Assembly: GCA_030264375.1 (NCBI GenBank)
Contig: JASCQW010000162.1
Location: forward strand, 94,311,352-94,375,351
Direction: 5' to 3'
From: Carcharhinus longimanus
Lineage: Eukaryota
DNA length: 64,000 nt
The first letter of the stretch is position 1; each line of letters starts with the position of its first letter. Positions 38,431 to 49,636 of the stretch are shown piece after piece. The position numbers and the translations under genes are program-made. The notes beneath the pieces are model-generated. The model worked only from the letters and a program-made list of their open reading frames with translations. It had not been told where the DNA came from and searched no databases.

Positions 38431-39233
38431 NNNNNNNNNNNNNNNNNNNNNNNNNNNNNNNNNNNNNNNNNNNNNNNNNNNNNNNNNNNNNNNNNNNNNN
38501 NNNNNNNNNNNNNNNNNNNNNNNNNNNNNNNNNNNNNNNNNNNNNNNNNNNNNNNNNNNNNNNNNNNNNNNNNNNNNNNNNNNNNNNNNNNNNNNNNNNN
38601 NNNNNNNNNNNNNNNNNNNNNNNNNNNNNNNNNNNNNNNNNNNNNNNNNNNNNNNNNNNNNNNNNNNNNNNNNNNNNNNNNNNNNNNNNNNNNNNNNNNN
38701 NNNNNNNNNNNNNNNNNNNNNNNNNNNNNNNNNNNNNNNNNNNNNNNNNNNNNNNNNNNNNNNNNNNNNNNNNNNNNNNNNNNNNNNNNNNNNNNNNNNN
38801 NNNNNNNNNNNNNNNNNNNNNNNNNNNNNNNNNNNNNNNNNNNNNNNNNNNNNNNNNNNNNNNNNNNNNNNNNNNNNNNNNNNNNNNNNNNNNNNNNNNN
38901 NNNNNNNNNNNNNNNNNNNNNNNNNNNNNNNNNNNNNNNNNNNNNNNNNNNNNNNNNNNNNNNNNNNNNNNNNNNNNNNNNNNNNNNNNNNNNNNNNNNN
39001 NNNNNNNNNNNNNNNNNNNNNNNNNNNNNNNNNNNNNNNNNNNNNNNNNNNNNNNNNNNNNNNNNNNNNNNNNNNNNNNNNNNNNNNNNNNNNNNNNNNN
39101 NNNNNNNNNNNNNNNNNNNNNNNNNNNNNNNNNNNNNNNNNNNNNNNNNNNNNNNNNNNNNNNNNNNNNNNNNNNNNNNNNNNNNNNNNNNNNNNNNNNN
39201 NNNNNNNNNNNNNNNNNNNNNNNNNNNNNNNGT

Positions 39234-39350
39234 CACTCTGCCTGTGATCAGTGAGGGGGAAGGGGAGGGTCTGCTGCCACTCCGCCTGTGATCAGTGAGG
39301 GGGAAGGGGAGGGTCTGCTGCCACTCTGCCTGTGATCAGTGAGGGGGAAG
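39234..39350 (+). repeat. 44-bp G-rich minisatellite (at least 2.6 copies, abutting a gap)
   Basis: Unit CACTCTGCCTGTGATCAGTGAGGGGGAAGGGGAGGGTCTGCTGC starts at 39234, 39278 and 39322. Confidence 0.9.
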
Positions 39351-40164
39351 TTGTGCGTGTGGTGGCACCTGAGAACCAGTCTAAAAGTCAGATCTGAAAT
39401 AGTCCCAGTTTCAAGTCTACCCAGCGCTTCAAATCAAAATGGTGATATAGGGCCCGTTAACTTTCTTTCTCTGTCCACAGATGCTAACAGACCTGCTGAT
39501 TATTTCCAGCACTTTCTGTGTTTATTTCAAATTTTCAGTATTTGCATATGTTGGCTTTATTTCACCGTACCCCATATCATCAGTTGCTAACTAATTCTGA
39601 ATTATAAGTGGAAAGCAATTAAACACTATTGCAGCAACCCAGCTAAAATCTTAACTGAATATCCTGCAATAAATGTGCACTTACTATAATAAGATAAAGC
39701 TCACAGCAAGAAGAAATTGATTTGCTTTTGCAGACAATAGGGAATTCATTACTGGAAATTAGGGAATCTAACAACATGCTGTACCCAAACATGAAATCTG
39801 AAGTGCTTGATCAGCTACAAGCATTGCTGATATGTTGGCACCTCGATATCTGGATAACTGACAGAATAATGTAACAACCATTACTTAAGTAGTTGGAGCT
39901 GATACAACAATATGGATTTGTGTGGCATCGTTAAAGTAGCAAGACATGTCAAAATGTCACACAGAAATGGGATCACAAAATGGACATTGAGCCAAAGAAG
40001 GAATGATTGTAAATGATAGCCATTAGCTTAGTCGGAGATGAGTTTTAAGGTCAGTTTTAACAGAAGAAAGAGAGGGGGGAGGTGGAGAAGTATAGGGACA
40101 TAATTCCAGGACAAGGGATTACACAGCCGGCAGTAATGAGGTAAACTGATATAGTGATGCACTC

Positions 40165-41462
40165 TTTCAACCTTATTTACATCCTTCCTGTAACTAGGTG
40201 ACCAAAACTGTACACAATACTCTAAATTCAGCCTNNNNNNNNNNNNNNNNNNNNNNNNNNNNNNNNNNNNNNNNNNNNNNNNNNNNNNNNNNNNNNNNNN
40301 NNNNNNNNNNNNNNNNNNNNNNNNNNNNNNNNNNNNNNNNNNNNNNNNNNNNNNNNNNNNNNNNNNNNNNNNNNNNNNNNNNNNNNNNNNNNNNNNNNNN
40401 NNNNNNNNNNNNNNNNNNNNNNNNNNNNNNNNNNNNNNNNNNNNNNNNNNNNNNNNNNNNNNNNNNNNNNNNNNNNNNNNNNNNNNNNNNNNNNNNNNNN
40501 NNNNNNNNNNNNNNNNNNNNNNNNNNNNNNNNNNNNNNNNNNNNNNNNNNNNNNNNNNNNNNNNNNNNNNNNNNNNNNNNNNNNNNNNNNNNNNNNNNNN
40601 NNNNNNNNNNNNNNNNNNNNNNNNNNNNNNNNNNNNNNNNNNNNNNNNNNNNNNNNNNNNNNNNNNNNNNNNNNNNNNNNNNNNNNNNNNNNNNNNNNNN
40701 NNNNNNNNNNNNNNNNNNNNNNNNNNNNNNNNNNNNNNNNNNNNNNNNNNNNNNNNNNNNNNNNNNNNNNNNNNNNNNNNNNNNNNNNNNNNNNNNNNNN
40801 NNNNNNNNNNNNNNNNNNNNNNNNNNNNNNNNNNNNNNNNNNNNNNNNNNNNNNNNNNNNNNNNNNNNNNNNNNNNNNNNNNNNNNNNNNNNNNNNNNNN
40901 NNNNNNNNNNNNNNNNNNNNNNNNNNNNNNNNNNNNNNNNNNNNNNNNNNNNNNNNNNNNNNNNNNNNNNNNNNNNNNNNNTGTAGATCCTATCCCTTAT
41001 CACACCTTCCAATAACTTGCCAACCACCGACGTCAAACTTACTGGCCTGTAATTTCCCGGATTTCTTTTGGAACCTTTTTTAAACAATGGAACAACATGA
41101 ACCACCCTCCAATCATCTGGCATCTCCCCCGTGCATACTGACATTTTAAATATGTCTGCCAGGGCCCCTGCAAGTTCACTACTAGCCTCCCTCAAGGTCT
41201 GTGGGAATACCCTGTCCTGTCCTGGGAATTTATCCACTCTGATTTGCTTCAAGACAGCCAGCACCACCTGCTCTTTAATCTGTAAAGGTTCCATGACCTC
41301 CCTACCTGCTTGTCCTATTTCTGTAGACTCCATGCCTGTTTCCGCAGTAAATACGGATGCAAAAAAACCATTTAGTATCTCCCCCATCTCTTTTGGTTCT
41401 GTACACAGTCCACCACTCTGGTCTTCAAGAGGACCAATTTTATGCCTCACGATCCTTTTGCT
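40165..41462 (-). mobile_element. CR1 LINE ORF2 (RT), relatively young, partly masked
   Basis: IGPLEDQSGGLC..EMGEILNGFFASVF...MPDDWRVVHVVPLFKKGSKRNPGNYRPVSLTSVVGKLLEGVIRD. Confidence 0.92.
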
Positions 41463-41466
41463 CCTA

Positions 41467-41795
41467 TGGTGGCACAGTGGTTAGCATTGCTGCCTCGCAG
41501 CACTGGGTTCGATTCCAGCCTTGGGTCACTGTCTGTGTGGAGTTTGCATGTTGTCCCTGTGTCTACGAGGGTTTCCATCAGGCGCTCCGGTTTCCTCTCA
41601 CAGTCCAAAAATATGCAGGTAAGGTGGATTGCCATGCTAAATTGCCTCCCAGTGTATAAAGCTGTGTAGGTCAGGCAGATTAGTGGGGTAAATACGTGGG
41701 GTTATGGGAATAGGGCCTGGGTAAGATAAAAAGCTGGGTCAGTGCAGACTCAATGGGCTGTATGGCCTCCTCCTGTCCTATTGGGATCCCATGAC
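41467..41795 (+). mobile_element. HE1/V-SINE-type SINE
   Basis: GGTGGCACAGTGGTTAGCATTGCTGCC head and V-domain. Confidence 0.8.
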
Positions 41796-42294
41796 TCCAG
41801 GAATAGAGGAGAAATGCTGAAGCAGGATAGTGTGATCACATCAAAAGCTACAGAGAGGTTGAGGAGGATGAGAAGAAATAATGCAAATCACAGAGGATCT
41901 CAGTTGTGACTTTAGCTATGCGTGTTTTGTGCTGGGCGCGGGGAAGGATTCAAAAGCAGGGAAAGGTGGGAGCAACAGCCATTGATATAAAAGGGGACAA
42001 CACATTCATGGATTTTAGAGGCAATTGTGGTTAAGGATGTGTTTTCTGAAGCAGATATGATAGTTTAAAAAGGGAAAGGGACAGTATTTAAAAATTTTAT
42101 AATTTCACCTCATTTGAGAATTAGAGAAGGAGGTTGGATGGGAATGGGGACAAAGCAACATGGAATGTGAGAAAGGGGAAAACAGTAGCCCATCCATCCC
42201 TCAATCCTGCTCCCAAATTCAATACAATTATGATCAATCTCCTGCCTCAAATCCACTTTCCTGCCTGCTCCTTAATGCCTTGATACTCTGAGAG

Positions 42295-42870
42295 GTTAGG
42301 AATGCTGTGGCAGGTAACTCACCTCCTGACTCTCCAAAGTCCATCCACCATGTATGAGGCACGTGTCAGGAGTGTGATGGAATACTCTCTCCTTGACTGG
42401 ATGAGAATAACTCCAATAACACTCAAGAAGCTCAACACCATCCAGGACAAACAGTCCAGTTGATTGGCACCCCATCCACAAACATTCACTGTCTCCACCA
42501 CTGGCAAACAGTAATGGCAGTGTGTACCACCTACAAGATGTGTTGCAGGAAATCATCGAGGCTCCTTAGACATCACCCTTCCAAATCCACGACCACTGCC
42601 ATCTAGAAGGACAAGTACAGCGGACACATGGGAACACCACCACCTGGATGTTCCCCTCCAAGTCACTCACCATCCTGACTTAGACATGTATTGCTATTCC
42701 TTCACAATCACTGGGTCAAAATCCTGGAGCTCCCTTCCTAACTGCACTTAGGTGAACCTACACTACAGGGACTGCAGCAGTTCAAGAAGCCAGCTATCCA
42801 CCACCTTCTTAAGGGCAATTAGGAATGGATGATAAATGAAGCCCACGTCCCTTGAATGAATAAAAAAAAT
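42295..42870 (+). mobile_element. Non-LTR retrotransposon 3' region (same family as 62455-64000)
   Basis: HLLTLQSPSTMYEARVRSVMEYSLLDWMRITPITLKKLNTIQDK; tail AGGGCAATTAGGAATGG...GAATGAATAAAAAAA. Confidence 0.75.
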
Positions 42871-42959
42871 CCTGCATGCTAACATTCTGAGTTTCTTGTA
42901 TGCGTACACCCGAAACTCTGAACATCAACATTTAAAAGGTTCAAGTTTTAAAAAGATAT

Positions 42960-43745
42960 TCTGCTTTCCTCTTCTTACTACTTAAAATGAATAACCTCAT
43001 GCATCATAATCTACCTCTCACCTTGTTGCCCACTCAGGTAACTCGTCCATATCTCTTTGAAGTCTCTTTGTATCTTCCTCACATCTTGCATTCCCACCAA
43101 GCCTTGTATTACCAGCAAACGTAGATGCATTACTCTCAATCTCTTCAAATAAGTCATTGATATAGATTGTAAATGGCTGAGGCCTCATCACTGATCATTG
43201 CAGCAATCCGTTAATTATAACATATCAACTTGAAAATGTTTTTCTTATCACCACTCTCTGCTTCTTGTACACTAACAAATACTCCATCCATGCTAATATA
43301 TTATCCACAACTCCATATGACTTAAGGACAAAGTGGAAATAGATGATTTGGCCCATTGTGTCTGCATCACCATTCAATGACATCATAACTTACCTAGTGT
43401 GATAATCCTCAACTTCACTTTCCCACCTTATCCCAATAACCTTTGATTCCTTTACTGATGGAAAATCTGTTTATTTTAGCCTTGGACATACTTAATGACC
43501 CAACCTCTACAGCCCTCTGCTGTAAAGAATTCCACAGATTCACTAACCTCTGAGAGAAGAAATTCCTCCTCATCTCTGTCTTAAATGGGTGGCCTCTTAT
43601 TCTGAAATTTTGCCTTCTGGTCTTAGGCTCTCTAGTGTGCCAAAGGGGAAACAACTTCTCAGCATCTACTCCACGAGTCCTTATCTTATGTAATAACATT
43701 TGGTGTGGCAACCAGTTGAGTACAGTTTGGAAATCCAGGGATTGA
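42960..43745 (-). mobile_element. CR1 LINE fragments
   Basis: RIRGHPFKTEMRRNFFSQRLVNLWNSL plus upstream RT pieces. Confidence 0.8.
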
Positions 43746-44432
43746 ATTGAATGGAGTACTCGCCTGGCTAAAAAGTCAGTGTTGAGTACATTCACAATCC
43801 CAATGACTTCACCACAATAATTTAATGTTGGGAACAGTTTAGTTGCTTTAGGGTGAGATTTACTCCCCCATCTCATAAGGAGATTCTACCTTAAGAAAGC
43901 TGCCAGACAATCCAATTATGGTTGAAGAAGCCAGAAGGTTGGGTTAAAAGGAGAGATGACCTTTGATGTTTGGGATTGCTTCCAATGGGCTCAGGGGATG
44001 AACAAAAGAGGTTCTACCGCTTGCCCCCACCCTTTCCGACACCCACCCCTAGCTCTTACAACTAAAACTATTGAGTTTCTGGTATGGTGTGAGCCTCTCC
44101 CTGCTATGAGTGAAATACTGGTTGTGTTGGATAAGATCCTTGCACAGACATTAATTGGTTACTTTCTAGCCTCAATAAATCCGTGCATAGATGGGCCAAA
44201 GCCCCCATTACTCCCTGTAAAACTGTAGACAGATTGGGAGCAGGTAGGTTTGTGATTGAAAGGAAACTTACTGGATTTTGTTTACTGCATGCCTTCAAAC
44301 CCATCAGTAGAAAGTGTAAAATCCATCCCAAATATGTAGGGTGGGATATTCCTCCCCCTCCACAGCCTATTCCCTGGCTGTGGGAAGCTCACTGGCCCTG
44401 AGATTTTATAGTCCCACTGTTGTCACAAAGAG

Positions 44433-44810
44433 GGCGGCACGGTAGCACAGTGGTTAGCACTGTTGCTTCACAGCTCCAGGGTCCTGGGTTCGATTCTCGG
44501 CTCGGGTNNNNNNNNNNNNNNNNNNNNNNNNNNNNNNNNNNNNNNNNNNNNNNNNNNNNNNNNNNNNNNNNNNNNNNNNNNNNNNNNNNNNNNNNNNNNN
44601 NNNNNNNTTCCTCCCACAGTCCAAAGATGTGTGGGTTAGGTTGATTGACCATGCTAAGAAATTGCCCCTTAGTGTCCAGGGATGCGTAAATTAGAGGGAT
44701 TAGTGGGTATAATATGTAGGGATGGGGATAGGGTCTGGGTGGGATTGTGTTCGGTGCAGACTCGATGGGCCAAAGGCCCTCTTTCTGCACTGTAGGGTTC
44801 TATGATCTAT
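44433..44810 (+). mobile_element. HE1/V-SINE-type SINE (young, partly masked)
   Basis: GGCGGCACGGTAGCACAGTGGTTAGCAC...GGGTTCGATT head and tail. Confidence 0.88.
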
Positions 44811-45329
44811 CTGTGTAGGACCTCCTTTTCCCCTGAGGACTCATCCTTGAAATCCTCTCACTTCATTCACCCAATACAACAAACAATGTGGAGAAAAAGA
44901 TTACCTTGAGAACCATGACAATGAGGTATAGAGCACTGAGGCCCAACGGTAAGGCACCACACTTATTCTCACCTTAAAATAAATGAAATTTTAGGAGTTA
45001 GGAGTTGCACATGATACATTAGCAATGAACAAAAGCAGCAGGGTGAAAAAAAGCCTTTAACTTACAATGCAAGATGGAGTGATAAACTGTTTATGGTGTA
45101 TCCGAACATTGTCCAAAGGTGCCAGAATAGCAGATGAGTAGCATTGATAGGAGTTGAGATAGAGGAGAGGACTGTTCCAGTTGTTGCTTTTACACCTATG
45201 TGGACAGCGGATTTCTTCAAATGACAGCTCAGATGCTGACTTTAAATGTTTTGTATGAATGTCTGTCACACTGGTCTTCTGGCTATTCAGATGTTCAGGC
45301 AGCATATGTGCTCTAGATGTTGAAATCCT

Positions 45330-45541
45330 TGGTGTAGAGTTAAACACTTCTGATTTATAGAGGCATCTAAAGCAATGCTTCAAAATGGCAATTATATGCT
45401 GTACAATGGCCCTTACCATTGCATGAACCTTATTATTACTGTGGCCTACTTCTGTCTGCAAACGCAAAAGCATATCATTAGCTGGGATAGAAGAGGATCT
45501 CCTCTCCCTCTGAGGACCCATCCTTGAAATCCTCTCACTCC
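45330..45541 (-). mobile_element. Harbinger transposase C-terminal fragment
   Basis: ..HAMVRAIVQHIIAILKHCFRCLYKS, equivalent to HARBI1-type H..TR..IE..IG.LK.RFRCL. Confidence 0.6.
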
Positions 45542-45559
45542 TGTATGACTATATTAAAA

Positions 45560-45980
45560 AGAAAGACTCGTATTTATGTAGTGCTTTTCATGACCATTGG
45601 ACATCTCAAAGTGCTTCACAGCTCAGTAAGTACTTTTGAAGCTGTAATGTAAGAAGAACACTAACTAATTTGCACTCAACAAACTTCCATAAACAGCAAT
45701 CTGATAATGACCAGATAATCTGTTTTTTTGTGATGTTGATTGAGATAGATTTTGGCCAGGACACCAGGGATAGCTCTCCTGTTTTTCTTTGAAGGAGTGC
45801 AATGGGATCTTTTACATCCACCTGAGCAGCTAGATGTAGCCTTGGCTTAAGAGCTCATCCAAGTGACGACACCTCCAACAGTGCAGTGTTCGCCAGTACT
45901 ACACTGGATATTTTGTACTCAAGCCCTTAAGTGTGACCTGAACCCAGAACCCTGGTGCGTGTGCTACCTACTGAGCATGG
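45560..45980 (-). mobile_element. Deu-type SINE, near full length
   Basis: Minus strand has a tRNA-like head, CAGGTGGATGTAAAAGATCCCA, GTGTCCTGGCCAA and CAGATTATCTGGTCATTATC. Confidence 0.7.
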
Positions 45981-46904
45981 CAGACATAAACAAAAAATAA
46001 AATAAAGAAATGGTGTTGGAACAGCTGCAATAATGCATATCTAGAAATGATTACAAACTAGTAATAATATCAGCATTTTGTCAACTGAAATTTAAAAGCA
46101 GGTTGTGATCACCCCAGGGCATCTGCTATCTCTATAATACCTGTGGAAATTATTTATTTTCATAGCGGGGATCCTTATTTAGTTTCAATGCTTCTGAAGT
46201 GTCATGTGATAATCTCCACCTTGAACTATTTATGATTAGAATGCAGCCATTAGACCATGAATAGATTAATTATAAGAAAATAATGCAATTTGTCATGAAA
46301 ACTGCATTTTGCAGGATAGTTATGTTTTAAAATATACCCTTTAATTTAAGGTGAATTAGATCCTTCTGAAAAAGAGGGATGGTGAATTCTGAATAAACAC
46401 CTCTGTTCAGAGCCAGGTTCATGTCATCTTGTTGCCATGGAAAGAAAAACACGAGCTGAAACACATTAATGCACCAGGTGCAAGCTTTAACACCTTTATT
46501 CGATATCTTGTAGAAAAGGGAGAGTTGTTTTGAGAGAGTGGAGACAAAGAAGCTACTGCTGTGGTGAAGCAGGTGAATTGTTTTGTGTTAACAACCAAGC
46601 AGGATGTTTGTGAGAGTTATGTTTCTGTTAAAAAGAAGGGAACAGCATTGCTGAGTCTCTTGGAGATTGAGAAATTTACCATAGTCGAGGGGTGCCTTGT
46701 TGGTGATGATTGGATCTGAAAATCTCAGGCTGAGTGGAATAATTATCAAAAGAAACAAAGTTTCAACCTCCTTTGCTGGAGAGAAGTGAACCTGTTGGTG
46801 AGCTATGATACATTATGGGATTGTTCCTGTAATGCTACATATTTGTCAGAAGCAAGGTGTTGCATAAGAGTATTTGAGACATATTTGAGTTGTGTCAGTT
46901 AATG

Positions 46905-47029
46905 CTCGGCCTTTTGGCTAAGATCAAGTGTAGTATTGACATGGTGCACTTGGGTGAAGTCATTAGGTTACATTTTAGTTTCATTTGAAGTAATTTTTTA
47001 AAGTGGCATCTTGGCCTTTTGGCTAAGAT
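46905..47029 (+). pseudogene. Two U2 snRNA 5' fragments heading an unclassified repeat
   Basis: 46905-46936 CTCGGCCTTTTGGCTAAGATCAAGTGTAGTAT matches U2 nt ~8-39, including the branch-pairing GTAGTA; 47009-47029 is a second, shorter copy. Confidence 0.85.
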
Positions 47030-48003
47030 GCAAATTAGATCAAGCCTTGGAGGAGGAGCTATGCCTATTCCAAACAGCTTGGATCATGTAGATCAAGCCC
47101 AAGACAGGAGGTGAGAGCCCTGTCTTGTCAGCTTGGATCGGGAATNNNNNNNNNNNNNNNNNNNNNNNNNNNNNNNNNNNNNNNNNNNNNNNNNNNNNNN
47201 NNNNNNNNNNNNNNNNNNNNNNNNNNNNNNNNNNNNNNNNNNNNNNNNNNNNNNNNNNNNNNNNNNNNNNNNNNNNNNNNNNNNNNNNNNNNNNNNNNNN
47301 NNNNNNNNNNNNNNNNNNNNNNNNNNNNNNNNNNNNNNNNNNNNNNNNNNNNNNNNNNNNNNNNNNNNNNNNNNNNNNNNNNNNNNNNNNNNNNNNNNNN
47401 NNNNNNNNNNNNNNNNNNNNNNNNNNNNNNNNNNNNNNNNNNNNNNNNNNNNNNNNNNNNNNNNNNNNNNNNNNNNNNNNNNNNNNNNNNNNNNNNNNNN
47501 NNNNNNNNNNNNNNNNNNNNNNNNNNNNNNNNNNNNNNNNNNNNNNNNNNNNNNNNNNNNNNNNNNNNNNNNNNNNNNNNNNNNNNNNNNNNNNNNNNNN
47601 NNNNNNNNNNNNNNNNNNNNNNNNNNNNNNNNNNNNNNNNNNNNNNNNNNNNNNNNNNNNNNNNNNNNNNNNNNNNNNNNNNNNNNNNNNNNNNNNNNNN
47701 NNNNNNNNNNNNNNNNNNNNNNNNNNNNNNNNNNNNNNNNNNNNNNNNNNNNNNNNNNNNNNNNNNNNNNNNNNNNNNNNNNNNNNNNNNNNNNNNNNNN
47801 NNNNNNNNNNNNNNNNNNNNNNNNNNNNNNNNNNNNNNNNNNNNNNNNNNNNNNNNNNNNNNNNNNNNNNNNNNNNNNNNNNNNNNNNNNNNNNNNNNNN
47901 NNNNNNNNNNNNNNNNNNNNNNNNNNNNNNNNNNNNNNNNNNNNNNNNNNNNNNNNNNNNNNNNNNNNNNNNNNNNNNNNNNNNNNNNNNNNNNNNNNNN
48001 NNN

Positions 48004-48380
48004 CTGGGCACCTAAAAACTTGAAGCTCTCCACCATTTCTACTTCGTCCCCGTTGATGTAGACATGGGGATGTTCTCTACACTTCCTGAAGTCAGTGACA
48101 ATCTCCTTCATTTTGTTGACATTGAGGGAGAAATCATAGTCACCGCACCAGTTCACCAGATTCTCTATCTCATTCCTGTAGTCTGTCTCGTCGTTGTTTG
48201 AAATCTGAGCCACTATGATGGTGTCGTCAGCAAGCTTGAAAATCAAGTTGCAGGGGAATTTGGACACACAGTCATAGGTGTAGAAGGAGTATAGTAGGGG
48301 GCTGAGAACACAGCCTTGTGGGGCACTGGTGTTGAGGATGATTGTGCAGGAGATGTGATTGCCCAACCTTACTGATTGTG
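48004..48380 (-). mobile_element. Rex1/Babar-type LINE RT fragment
   Basis: LNTSAPQGCVLSPLLYSFYTYDCV...IFKLADDTIIVAQISNNDETDYRNEIENLVNWC...LNVNKMKEIVTDFRK. Confidence 0.88.
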
Positions 48381-49515
48381 GGAAGAAGGGAATGGTGGTG
48401 CAGAGAGCAAGGGGGAAGTTCCCTTTGCAACCGAGGTTAGGGAAAGGCTGGTGGTGGCAAAACTTCGAGTATTTCATGTTTTTCCCTGATTATAACATAA
48501 CAAAATGAGAACTGGCTGAAGTCCAAATATTACCACTGATATCCAATTGCCAGTGAAAACACAGCCAACACAGGAAGGAAAGAATGTCATGTCTTCTTGA
48601 GTTCTCTACCTAAAGGCAGTCCAACCCGTGGCACCATGACCTCCACCATAGGAGGCAGGTCCCAAATCTACCCCAGCCAGAACATGGGCATGCTGGGGAT
48701 CATGAAGGAGGATCCAATGGGGAAGCCCCAGTGCCCCTATACTGGCAATCCATGTCGTGGACGAGGTGGAGAAACGAGGTGGAGGGTCCCGATGTCTGTG
48801 GGAGGAGGGAGACTCTGCACTGTGAGATTTTAAAAAGGCACCCAGTCACTTTGCAGCAGGGCTCACCAGCATGTTTAAGTGCCGTTCCTCCTGAACCATA
48901 GGGTACAACTCGCCACACTCCCAAAAAATGACTATGTGTGGGACGATTGCAGTCCAGACCACACCTTACAGACCGCATGGATTGCTCCAGTCTTCTCACC
49001 ATTATGACACTTTGTTTATTTTTGGAAAAACCACAGCCATTGTCCAGGAACCATTTGCTATGCACATTGTTACTTTCACTGCACTAATACCTGGAAGAAA
49101 AATATGCGGAAACTCCAGATCGCTGGGTTTCTTCATATTCTCTTAAAAATATGCATGTTGGTCAATGATACTTTTTCAAAGCCTTCGTCAACTTATTTTT
49201 AAAAATACCTAAGTGTCACTAGAGTTTGCGCAAACTGTCGAACATGCTGTTAGAACACCTCAGCATGTTTGATGGCGTTGGTATTAATTTGCTGTTGTTT
49301 AATCCAACTGATGTTGAACACATTTGAACACGGAGAACATTTCCATTGTTCTTATTCTGCTNNNNNNNNNNNNNNNNNNNNNNNNNNNNNNNNNNNNNNN
49401 NNNNNNNNNNNNNNNNNNNNNNNNNNNNNNNNNNNNNNNNNNNNNNNNNNNNNNNNNNNNNACGGATAACATTTCCATTGTTCTTATTCTGCTATTTTTA
49501 TGTATTTGCATTCAG

Positions 49516-49636
49516 ACTTGCAACAGTGACCAACAATGCAGAGGAGGCCAGTGTTGTGCTGCCTCTCTGTGAATTCAGAATCTCCATGTGTATCTTGGGC
49601 AATGAGGGGGACGAATGCCATTCTCTGAGTCACCAA
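49516..49636 (+). pseudogene. PROK2: Prokineticin (PROK2/Bv8-like) pseudogene, exon 2
   Basis: Bounded by TTCAG| and |GTTAG (phase 0); reads TCNSDQQCRGGQCCAASL*IQNL, frameshift, MCILGNEGDECHSLSHQ, versus prokineticin ACxxDxQCGGGxCCAVSLWIxxLRMCTPMGxxGDECHPLSHK. 121 bp vs the expected 126 bp. The family call is firm; the PROK2 paralog label is tentative. Confidence 0.88.

Noticed and set aside
46905-46936. Functional U2 snRNA gene
   Set aside because: Only ~32 of ~190 nt are present; the first bases, canonical Sm site and 3' stem-loops are missing.
38367-48061. Long ORFs of 260-450 aa in the ORF track
   Set aside because: Mostly X residues from N runs; only the CR1 and Rex1 RT portions are real.
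49269-49361. Hydrophobic ORF start MALVLICCCLIQLML as prokineticin signal peptide
   Set aside because: No AVIT motif or splice donor; it looks like ordinary intronic sequence.
49329-49492. Duplicated ACGGA.AACATTTCCATTGTTCTTATTCTGCT around a 100-N gap just upstream of the prokineticin exon (similar case at 50278-50425)
   Set aside because: Probable assembly overlap artifact. It lowers trust in the local assembly but does not touch the exon.
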